A stretch of DNA of 64,000 nucleotides, from NCBI GenBank assembly GCA_947259505.1, contig CAMYLT010000002.1, forward strand, positions 328,598 to 392,597, given 5' to 3'. Shown piece by piece: positions 37,066 through 45,056 of the stretch. How positions within the stretch are numbered: the first letter of the stretch is position 1; every line of letters starts with the position of its first letter. The position numbers and the translations under genes are program-made. This DNA is from an uncultured Porticoccus sp. Its GTDB lineage: Bacteria > Pseudomonadota > Gammaproteobacteria > Pseudomonadales > Porticoccaceae. Below the pieces are notes generated by a model that was not told the origin of the DNA, made no database searches, and saw only the letters and a program-made list of their open reading frames with translations.

Positions 37066-38151
37066 ATGACGCAATCAGAGCAAACAGCAACTCCACGAGT
37101 CTGGCTCTTATTCGGCCAAAAAGCCGGTGACAATAATCAGGCGCTGGCCCTGGCGGAACAACTGGGCTGGCCTTACACCATCAAGACCATCCACCATCAG
37201 CCCTGGGAACTAGTTACCAATCTGCTGCTGGGGCCCAACTTGAAAGGCGTCAAACTAAGGACTTCCAGTGAACTGGAAGCTCCCTGGCCAGACTTGATCA
37301 TCTCTGCCGGGCGTCGCAATGAGCCTGTGGCACGCTGGATTCGGCACCAATCAAGCGGCCAATCCCGCCTTGTCCATATCGGTCGCCCCTGGGCACCACT
37401 GGCCAGTTGGGACCTGATTGTTACCACGCCGCAATATTTCCTGCCCGCAGCCGACAACGTGCTGCTCAACCGTCTGCCCCTGCATCGGATCACCCCCGAG
37501 CGCCTGGCACTTGAGGCCACTACTGAATCACCCTGGCACAACCTGCCTCGGCCCTATACGGCAGTACTGCTGGGCGGTGACAGCGGACAGTTTGTCTTCA
37601 CGGCAGAGAAAGGACAACGGATGGGCTTGCTGGCGAACACACTGGTAAAAAGAATGGGCGGATCGGTGCTTATTTCCGATAGCCGGCGCACCCCGGCCGC
37701 CGCCAGCGAAGCCTTCTGGAAACAGCTATCTGTACCCGCCTGGCGCCATAACTGGCACGATGGCCAGAACAGCAACCCCTATATGGCCCTTCTCGCCCAA
37801 GCAGACCAGCTGGTGGTCACAGGGGAAAGCATGTCCATGCTCACTGAAGCCACCGCCACCGGCAAACCGCTGTTTATCTTCGACATGTCTGACCGGGACA
37901 GCCGCTGGTGGCGGCAATGCCACAATTACCGTCACAAACCCCTCAGCCATCGGCTCGCCATGGCACTGGGGCCGCGACGCATGCGCAGGGATATCGCCAG
38001 GATACAGGAAGCGTTGGTAGCGGATGGTCGGGCCGTCTGGCTCGATGACGAAAGCATCGGTCAGGGTGAATTATTTTCCGGGAAGAATGTTGCCCCGCGC
38101 GAGGCGGAGTGCCGGACCGCGGCACAGCGCATCAGAGATATGTTTGGCTAA
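37066..38151 (+). CDS. ELM1-family protein, paralog 3
   Basis: RVWLLFGQKAGDNNQ, APWPDLIISAGRRNEPVARWIRHQSSGQSRLVHIGRPW, WDLIVTTPQY, VLLGGDSG. ATG at 37066; the ORF-track GTG at 36889 adds a non-homologous leader. Confidence 0.7.
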   Translation: MTQSEQTATPRVWLLFGQKAGDNNQALALAEQLGWPYTIKTIHHQPWELVTNLLLGPNLKGVKLRTSSELEAPWPDLIISAGRRNEPVARWIRHQSSGQSRLVHIGRPWAPLASWDLIVTTPQYFLPAADNVLLNRLPLHRITPERLALEATTESPWHNLPRPYTAVLLGGDSGQFVFTAEKGQRMGLLANTLVKRMGGSVLISDSRRTPAAASEAFWKQLSVPAWRHNWHDGQNSNPYMALLAQADQLVVTGESMSMLTEATATGKPLFIFDMSDRDSRWWRQCHNYRHKPLSHRLAMALGPRRMRRDIARIQEALVADGRAVWLDDESIGQGELFSGKNVAPREAECRTAAQRIRDMFG

Positions 38152-38210
38152 AGCGTTTGTAAAACAAAGCACCGTAACCAGCACACTGCGGGTTACGGTG
38201 AGGGGCGGAC

Positions 38211-39158
38211 TCAAGCGGCTTTGGCCTGCATACCCGACAGTGGGTGGCGGTCCGGCGGCGGTAAATCCGGGGTGCGGGCCAGCACCTCAAAAGCGTCGTG
38301 GCGCACATGGTTCTGGCGCATTTCCCCGCGCAGGAATTCCTCGCTGATTTTGCCCTGCTCCACACACTCCTTGAGCAGCCCGAAAAAGAACAATTCCTGG
38401 TGCTTGTCCGGGTGGACCTTGTAGTTGCCCAATAGGCCGTACTCGCCGAACACGTGACGACGGGCGCGCATCAGCCAGCCGATGGGCGGGAACGCCCGGA
38501 ATTTTTCCGCCGGGCGCCAGTCGGTGGGCAGTCCGGTTTTCCAGGGCTGGGTCTTGCGCCGGGTGGTGTGAAGCATTTTGGTATCAAGGGAAAGCTTATC
38601 GAAGTCATTCCACTCATTTTCCAGAAAACCAATGGTCTCAGGGTCCTCAGTTTTGAGGCCGATCCACGGCTGATAGTCCCAAGCCGAATCAAACATGGCA
38701 TTGAACTGCTGCTCCACCTTCCAGTGGGTGAGCTGGCTGCAATCGAGCAACATCACGCTGCTGGCGACCATCTTGTCGATATACCCTTTCGGACCCGAGC
38801 GCATCCTCGCCATAATGGCCTTGCCCTGCATATCCCGGGACAGCAGTTCCCAGATGTCCACCGCAGCAAAAACATCCGGATCGATCACTACCGCACGACC
38901 TTCATAATCCATCAATTCCGGTGGCATAAAGCGCGTCGGGGTGAAGGACTGGAGGTCCTCATTCAGCCATACCCGCTTGACGCCATCGCGCAGATAGGAC
39001 TGTCCCTCACGGGCAGCAAAATACGGGTAGTCACGGGTATCCATGATGGTGACGTCAAACAACTCATTGTGCCGGGAATAGCGGCGCAGCGCGTGCTCCG
39101 CCACAATGGCACCCGTTATCTGCTTATGATTGGTCTGGATAAATACACCGTACTTCAT
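38211..39158 (-). CDS. GT8-like nucleotide-sugar transferase, paralog B
   Basis: AVVIDPDVFA and LHTTRRKTQPWKTG. It aligns along its whole length with paralog A (roughly half the residues identical by eye). Confidence 0.5.
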   Translation of the reverse strand: MKYGVFIQTNHKQITGAIVAEHALRRYSRHNELFDVTIMDTRDYPYFAAREGQSYLRDGVKRVWLNEDLQSFTPTRFMPPELMDYEGRAVVIDPDVFAAVDIWELLSRDMQGKAIMARMRSGPKGYIDKMVASSVMLLDCSQLTHWKVEQQFNAMFDSAWDYQPWIGLKTEDPETIGFLENEWNDFDKLSLDTKMLHTTRRKTQPWKTGLPTDWRPAEKFRAFPPIGWLMRARRHVFGEYGLLGNYKVHPDKHQELFFFGLLKECVEQGKISEEFLRGEMRQNHVRHDAFEVLARTPDLPPPDRHPLSGMQAKAA

Positions 39159-39308
39159 GGCAAAACAACCCGACTGATTAGACCACCGCATAATAAGTCA
39201 ACACCGCCGATGGAATCCATCCGGCCCACCGGATCATTGCGCTTCAATTGATCCGGATCGGATTGCCACCACAGTGAAAACTGCTGCTAGCTGTGGCTCT
39301 CCTGCTGA

Positions 39309-39319
39309 GGGGGGGGGGG
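39309..39319. repeat. Homopolymeric G11 (C11 on the gene strand) tract abutting an 8-bp palindrome
   Basis: Counted directly: g at 39309-39319, then gtatcccc-aa-ggggatac (39319-39336). It lies between the stop of the Tam41-like gene and the start of GT8-like paralog B. Confidence 0.9.
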
Positions 39320-39440
39320 TATCCCCAAGGGGATACTGATCAGACCATTGAGCCAGAATAAAGAAAGTCGCGGTGTCAGCTCCAGAGACAAACGGCGGTT
39401 TGACCGTTGATCCCCTACACCCGCTTTATGTGAATACCGC

Positions 39441-40370
39441 TTACTTAAATACACCCTGGCGATAGAGGCGCCAGAACAGCCCCCAGGAATAGATCAGGGG
39501 ATGGCGGCGCACCTTGTCGGGTATCTCCACCCGCTGTCCCGAATGCCGCTCCAATTTCCAGGCAAGGTAGTCGAGGCCACCGTCGAAGGTGAACAAGGCC
39601 TTGAGCAGCCTCAACACCGAAAACGACTTTCCCCACAACTTGCGAAATTTCCAGCGCAGGGGGGCCAGCTTGCGCGACAGCTTGCCGATGTCTGCTTGGT
39701 AGTGCAGTTCACCGTCCCGCTCTTCAACCTTCAGTTGAGGCAGAACGCCGCCGGCTAGTTGCAGGGCCTGCTGTGCGTAGAAGTCCCTGGAAAAATGTAC
39801 CAACTCACGCGCCCTGCCCGCCCGCTCGGTGCGCAACTCGGTGCCGTAGCTCAGCGATAGCCCCTGCTGCCACAACTGCTCGACCGTACCACTGGCGGGC
39901 AGTGCCGGCAGCACCTGGGCCAGGAAGGTAGCGCGGGCATCCGCCAGGCACTGTTGCAGAAACGCGCGATCCGGCTCACTGCGACTGTAGACAATGTCGG
40001 TAGGCTGGGCGAAACGGCCCCAGAAATAGGATTCGAAACGGCGCAAGGAGTTGTAACGGGCAAAGTCGCGCGCCGACACCACGGCATACTTGCTGCGCAC
40101 CGAGCGCTCCCCGCTCCCCGCCTCGATGTAAAACACATTGGGTGGCAACAACCAGTTGCCCAATGCCAGGACTCTGCGGCCATAACAGGCCCGGTAGCTG
40201 TCGACGATGACATACAAGTCCACCAGCCCTTCATAAAAATCGCCGCTGCGCAAACAGGAGCCGTAGACAATGGCACTGCTCATGGCGGCACCATACTTTT
40301 GCCGCAGCTGTGCCAGCAGTGGTTCCAGTGCCTCAAAATGGCTGCTTGTAATAGTCGGAGACTCCGTCAT
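39441..40370 (-). CDS. Tam41/Mmp37-like nucleotidyltransferase family protein (candidate CTP-dependent lipid-phosphate cytidylyltransferase)
   Basis: Blocks parallel my remembered yeast Tam41. Ours versus Tam41: IVYGSC...VDLYVIVDSY; SKYAVVSARDF vs VKYGVVS; ESYFWGRFAQP vs TFYLAGRLQKP; LSYGTELR vs LSYAGDIR; LLKALFTFDGGLDYLAWKLER vs IKGVFTAGITKSIKYAWAKKLK. Confidence 0.5.
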   Translation of the reverse strand: MTESPTITSSHFEALEPLLAQLRQKYGAAMSSAIVYGSCLRSGDFYEGLVDLYVIVDSYRACYGRRVLALGNWLLPPNVFYIEAGSGERSVRSKYAVVSARDFARYNSLRRFESYFWGRFAQPTDIVYSRSEPDRAFLQQCLADARATFLAQVLPALPASGTVEQLWQQGLSLSYGTELRTERAGRARELVHFSRDFYAQQALQLAGGVLPQLKVEERDGELHYQADIGKLSRKLAPLRWKFRKLWGKSFSVLRLLKALFTFDGGLDYLAWKLERHSGQRVEIPDKVRRHPLIYSWGLFWRLYRQGVFK

Positions 40371-40381
40371 AAGCGCCGTCG

Positions 40382-41416
40382 CTATAGGGCCAGGAATGAC
40401 AGTGGCCCGGCGGCGGTAATCACCACCGGCCCGTCTTCCCGGCGCACCGGCACAATTTCCCCATCCAGATTGAAACTGCCATCCATCAGCAGGGTAATTT
40501 GCCCCGCGCGGTGGCTGTGGTAGCCATCTGCGGCAGCGGGTTGAGCTTTGCGATTGCGCCGCAGGATGGACAGGAAAGTGCGCAGGAAACGCTTGGCATC
40601 GGAGGTGATCAGGCTCATTTTCAAGGGCGCCTCCCCGCTCCCCCAGAAGGGGTGAATGCCCAGAAACAGGCGCTCAAGACTGCTGATGGCGAGAATACGG
40701 GCATGAAACTCGCCATACCGCTCACCGTCCAGGGTGACATCCACGGGCAGTGGCTGATTGAATTCCGGGTGGCCACGGACAATGCCCCACAGGGTGCGCA
40801 CCAATCCCAGCCCCAAGCTGAAATCGTCTCGCAAGCCCCGAGAATGTATTTCCCGGTGAGCGTATTCGCTGGCCTGAATAATTGCCCCGCTGCCAAAAAA
40901 CATGCCGAAATGCGGCGCCCCGCCAGCGCCCACCTCCACCCGCAACACGTGTCGCTGTACCACCCTGCCCGCGATAAGCCGCTCACCGTGGCTCCAGAGG
41001 CAAAGCCGTTCCAGCGCCCGCAGCAGGGAGCCTTTTACCCCCACGTCACCGGCCGTCATATTGGCGGTGCCGCCGGGCAGCAGGGCTATCAGCGGCGGCG
41101 TCTTGAATGGGCTGTCCTGCAGCAGGTGGGCAAAGATATGCGCGGCGGTGCCGTCGCCCCCGTTGATCGCCAGCACTTCAACCGACTGACGGGCGATGTT
41201 TTCGAGTATCGTGGGAATTTCCGCAGCGGAAGAAGTCCGGTAGTGGAGCAAGCCGGGGCAACGCGAAACCAGTTCATCGACGCGACGTCGCTGGTCGCGG
41301 TTGTGGCCACTGTTGCAATTGCTGATCACAGCAATGGGGGTGGTGCGGCAAACCGCCTGCGGAGTCATCATGCTGGTCATACTATTACAAAGAAAGAAGA
41401 GGGACATGCCACGCAA
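40382..41416 (-). CDS. DAGK-catalytic-domain lipid kinase (YegS/LCB5 type); candidate ceramide kinase
   Basis: VLAINGGDGTAAHIF and LPGGTANMTAGD motifs. Its stop is 11 nt before the Tam41-like start. Own start uncertain (TTG 41416, ATG 41407 or 41380). Confidence 0.75.
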   Translation of the reverse strand: MRGMSLFFLCNSMTSMMTPQAVCRTTPIAVISNCNSGHNRDQRRRVDELVSRCPGLLHYRTSSAAEIPTILENIARQSVEVLAINGGDGTAAHIFAHLLQDSPFKTPPLIALLPGGTANMTAGDVGVKGSLLRALERLCLWSHGERLIAGRVVQRHVLRVEVGAGGAPHFGMFFGSGAIIQASEYAHREIHSRGLRDDFSLGLGLVRTLWGIVRGHPEFNQPLPVDVTLDGERYGEFHARILAISSLERLFLGIHPFWGSGEAPLKMSLITSDAKRFLRTFLSILRRNRKAQPAAADGYHSHRAGQITLLMDGSFNLDGEIVPVRREDGPVVITAAGPLSFLAL

Positions 41417-41498
41417 TTTACCACCCAGTTCTCAGGGCCGATTTTTCCTTGCTGGCCACCGATTCGGCCTTGTTGCAGCGCGCATCATACCGTAGCCG

Positions 41499-42425
41499 CT
41501 ACGGCAAAGTCGCCCGCCGGTCAGGGATGACTGCCCGAATCAGGTCGATGGCGGTTTCCCCCATCCTGGGCGCGGTACCCCTTATCTGTAGCGGCAGTCC
41601 TATGACGGGGTCCAGCAGGATACTGACAGGGCCCGTCAGTCCCATCAGTTCGAACTCATCCTCGGGCGCGGCGCCGACAGGCTGCACCTGCAATGACACC
41701 ACCAGTGCCGCCACAGGTTCCTTTACCTCGCGGGTGGTATTGCCGCTCAGCAGGCGGTAATCAACGGCCACCTCTTCCACGCCGGTCACCGCCATCTCCA
41801 CCCGCAGGTAATCCACATCGGTATAGAGATATTGAGTCCAGCTGTCTCCCAGTTTGTTGAGCGGTCCCGAGCTGACCGCCACCAGCAGGGCATAGGGAGA
41901 CAGCAGGGGTGGAGAAGCGGACAACGCTTCCGGGAATAGCCGCTGCATCGCGGAGGATTTGGACCAGAGCTCCGGCGACAAGCCACGCTCGGCGGCCAGC
42001 GGTTCCCGGCGCACCCGGTAAATACCCTGTTCCAACAGACGGTACTGTTTCATCCGCCGCTGTTTGCCCTCGCTGATGCGCGAACGCTGGTAGACCTGCA
42101 GATTATCCGGGTCCATCCAGATCGACACCTGCTCACGGCTGTTGCCGAGTTGACTCTGCACCCTCAACTGCCAGAGGGTGTCCCCCCCGGGGCAGACCGG
42201 TTTCATTCGCTCAGGAGATAACCATGTGTCGGCGACACTCGCAGCGGTCACCGGGCTGAGGGAGAGCGATGTCGAGGCCTTTAGCCACAAGTAATTCTTT
42301 GCGTAGGCCAATTCCGTCCACGGCGGGGTTGCGGGCTGCTGGCCGGCGAGAACCGACGACGAGCCAACCGCGCCTTGGGTCAGTGCCAGCGCTAACAATC
42401 CAACTTGTAACAAGCTTCTCAACAT
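41499..42425 (-). CDS. Secreted protein of unknown function
   Basis: ATG at 42425 gives the signal peptide MLRSLLQVGLLALALTQGAVG. I recognise no motif. The 450-aa ORF-track version adds an implausible Cys/Arg-rich leader. Confidence 0.55.
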   Translation of the reverse strand: MLRSLLQVGLLALALTQGAVGSSSVLAGQQPATPPWTELAYAKNYLWLKASTSLSLSPVTAASVADTWLSPERMKPVCPGGDTLWQLRVQSQLGNSREQVSIWMDPDNLQVYQRSRISEGKQRRMKQYRLLEQGIYRVRREPLAAERGLSPELWSKSSAMQRLFPEALSASPPLLSPYALLVAVSSGPLNKLGDSWTQYLYTDVDYLRVEMAVTGVEEVAVDYRLLSGNTTREVKEPVAALVVSLQVQPVGAAPEDEFELMGLTGPVSILLDPVIGLPLQIRGTAPRMGETAIDLIRAVIPDRRATLP

Positions 42426-42621
42426 GGAGAACTTCCCACCCTCTCGGCACACGGATGCCGATATCCTGACGATTTCAGCTTGAAAACGCCAGCGGCCCCG
42501 GGAGCACCCGGTGACCCCGGAAGCAGCCCGATAACATTCCACTGACACCATTACCCCGATACCATGACATAGTATGCTCAGCATCCAAGCTTTGTGTGGC
42601 AACACAATAATCCCGAGAAAA

Positions 42622-43425
42622 ATGAATCCCGAGAAATCCGCAACCCATCGCAACAGTGACCGACTTTCGTTACCAAAAAGCGGGACTGTCCACCTGTGGC
42701 TAATGGCGAGCGATGAAATCCACTGCGGTGCGAAACAATCCAACTGGGTCAGCCTCCTACCTACAGGGGAGCGCGAGCGGGTTTTGCGCCAACTGGCGCC
42801 GGAGGATAAACAACAGGCCCTAGCCACCCGGGTGCTCATTCGTGCAGTCATCTCCGCTTACCTGGGAGAAAACCCCGGTGACTGGCGTTTCGACGCCTCG
42901 CCAACTGGCAAACCCTTTCTGATCGATGCCCCAGAACCTGTGGCATTCAACCTTTCCCATTCCGGTAATCTGGTGGCCTGTGTCATAAGCGGGGAGCAGG
43001 TAATCGGGGTGGATATCGAAGATAGTCGTGTGGAACGCAACTTCCTCGCTCTTGCCAGGCGCTTTTTTGCCCCGCAGGAGTACACAGAATTAGCCAGCCT
43101 GCCCGCCGCTGCGCAGGCCGACTACTTCTACCATCTCTGGACCCTGAAAGAATCCTGCCTAAAGGCCAGGGGACGGGGATTGGCCAACGGACTGGACAGT
43201 TACCGCTTCCAGCGGGACAGCCACGGCAAATACCACCTCTCCGCCCCGCCGGATACATCAGGACAATGGCAGCACCAGTTACTCGCCGAACAGCCCGGAT
43301 ATCAAATTGCCATTAGCCAGCGCAGTACCCACCAGCGGCCTCCCGACATGTGCGTTGAAACCTACCGTATGGACTCGGAGCGGTTGTTAACATTATGGCG
43401 GGGACAACACTCACCCCATCTGTAA
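42622..43425 (+). CDS. Sfp-type 4'-phosphopantetheinyl transferase
   Basis: FNLSHSGNLV, VGVDIE and WTLKESCLKARG motifs. Start uncertain (42574-42700). Confidence 0.8.
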   Translation: MNPEKSATHRNSDRLSLPKSGTVHLWLMASDEIHCGAKQSNWVSLLPTGERERVLRQLAPEDKQQALATRVLIRAVISAYLGENPGDWRFDASPTGKPFLIDAPEPVAFNLSHSGNLVACVISGEQVIGVDIEDSRVERNFLALARRFFAPQEYTELASLPAAAQADYFYHLWTLKESCLKARGRGLANGLDSYRFQRDSHGKYHLSAPPDTSGQWQHQLLAEQPGYQIAISQRSTHQRPPDMCVETYRMDSERLLTLWRGQHSPHL

Positions 43426-43511
43426 CAGTTGACTCGACTCCCTTGTAGGCATAAGACGTATAATGGTCAACCTTCACCACAGATTCTGAAGTCGTAGAGG
43501 CTTACCGTTGT

Positions 43512-44381
43512 ATGAAAACCACTGAGTCTGTTTGTCTGGCCGACGTTATTGAGCTGATGCTCGACGCAGTCTGTGTGGTCGACCGGCTGGGACATTTTGT
43601 GTTCGTGAATAAGGCGTTCGAACGCATCTTTGGCTACCGAGCCAATGAAGTGATCGGCAAGCCTATGCTTGATCTGGTGTTCCATGAGGACAGGGAAAAT
43701 ACGCTCCAAACGGTCGAGACACTCCTGACTGGCGAACCTAAACCCTGTTTCGAGAACCGCTGGATTCGCAAGGATGGACAGGTGGTTCATGTACTCTGGT
43801 CTGCACGCTGGTCGGAGGAGCATCAAGTCAGAATTGCCGTGGCCCACGATATTACCGAGCGCAAGCAGATGGAAGAGCGGCTTCAGCATATGGCCGGGCA
43901 TGACCCACTAACGGGTTTACCCAATCGCGCGCTGCTGCTGGATCGCATACAAACTGCGCTAACACTAACGCGCCGTGACCAAACCCATCTTTCTTTATTG
44001 TTTATCGATATTGATGGCTTCAAGCATATCAATGACAATTATGGCCACTTTGTCGGCGACGCGCTGCTACACAAGATCGCACAGCGGCTCCGAAGTTGTG
44101 TACGGGAATCCGACACGGTGGGACGCCTGGGTGGTGATGAGTTTCTCGTCATGTTAAACAGAATCCGTATGCTTGATGACGCACTCATGATCGCAGAAAA
44201 AATCCGCGCTGAGCTTGAACAACCTTTTGAGCTGGAGAGCCTTCATTTGTGCATCGCCCCAAGCATTGGTATCGCGAATTACCCCGATAGTGGAGAAGAT
44301 TACCAACAATTAATACACAACGCAGATCAAGCCATGTATCGGGCAAAAAATGCCGGCGGAAACCAAATTGCTGTTTTTTGA
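43512..44381 (+). CDS. PAS-GGDEF diguanylate cyclase
   Basis: PAS block (DAVCVVDRLGHFVFVNKAFERIFGY), then GGDEF domain with RLGGDEFLVM and an RxxD I-site candidate (RRDQ). Confidence 0.9.
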   Translation: MKTTESVCLADVIELMLDAVCVVDRLGHFVFVNKAFERIFGYRANEVIGKPMLDLVFHEDRENTLQTVETLLTGEPKPCFENRWIRKDGQVVHVLWSARWSEEHQVRIAVAHDITERKQMEERLQHMAGHDPLTGLPNRALLLDRIQTALTLTRRDQTHLSLLFIDIDGFKHINDNYGHFVGDALLHKIAQRLRSCVRESDTVGRLGGDEFLVMLNRIRMLDDALMIAEKIRAELEQPFELESLHLCIAPSIGIANYPDSGEDYQQLIHNADQAMYRAKNAGGNQIAVF

Positions 44382-44570
44382 ACACCATGGGCTTAGCCGT
44401 AGCTGTGTTGAACATTTTGAGCGATCCAGCAGTGGCCGCAAGCCGTCATTTTATATTCAGGGCATTCCCTACCCCACTGTCACAAACCAAGTCCGCCAAC
44501 GCTTAAAAAGTCGGCGACCGAACGTGACAGGTTGATTTAAACCCAGATTAATTACGAAGAGGCAAAACCG

Positions 44571-44939
44571 ATGTCAGGCTACGTACCTGAAGAATTTGTA
44601 ATGTTAAAAGGAGAAATATTGGACGGGATGGTTGATGCTCTTGAGTCTGCCGGAGAAGATGCAGATTACACTGTTGTAGCAATCGATACCTGTGCAACCA
44701 TTCTTGAAGATTATCTTGAAGAAGTATTTTCGCCATCCATCTATGGCCGATCAAAAAAGATTATGGACGTGGTCAAGTTTACGATAAACGAACTCAATGA
44801 ACTCAATGATGACTGCAACCAAAGCCTTATCGAGAGCGAACAGCGCGATCAACTTCGTGAACTGATTGTTGCCTCTGCGGCCTATGCCGGACTCGAAACA
44901 GATAAGCAGGACATAACTGAGGACTGGCGTGCGTGGTAG
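44571..44939 (+). CDS. Small acidic hypothetical protein
   Basis: 122-aa ORF behind AAGAGG, very Asp/Glu-rich, with no motif I recognise. Confidence 0.5.
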   Translation: MSGYVPEEFVMLKGEILDGMVDALESAGEDADYTVVAIDTCATILEDYLEEVFSPSIYGRSKKIMDVVKFTINELNELNDDCNQSLIESEQRDQLRELIVASAAYAGLETDKQDITEDWRAW

Positions 44940-45056
44940 CATATCGTAGGTACTATGTGGGTTTGTAGAAATTTATAACGATGGATAAATTGAAGACTGA
45001 ACTAGCATCACTTTATTGGACAGTCACTCAAATTAACGTTAGACGCATGGGTCCCA

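Noticed and set aside
41499-42851. 450-aa version of the secreted-protein ORF
   Set aside because: The first ~140 residues are Cys/Arg/Trp-rich and would run through the divergent PPTase promoter region. An internal ATG at 42425 gives a textbook signal peptide.
14727-43425. Alternative reading of the island as a capnine/sulfonolipid or ornithine-lipid locus
   Set aside because: Sulfonolipid synthesis uses cysteate as substrate and needs a cysteate synthase, not PAPS sulfotransferases. No OlsB/OlsA-type pair is present. The ACP, acyl-AMP ligase, GNAT and SDR set fits ceramide better. Action of the tailoring enzymes on LPS or capsule cannot be excluded, and this is listed as a refutation route.
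43429-43464. TTGACT ... TATAAT pair upstream of the GGDEF gene as a sigma-70 promoter
   Set aside because: The spacing between the hexamers is about 24 nt, far from the 16-18 nt optimum.
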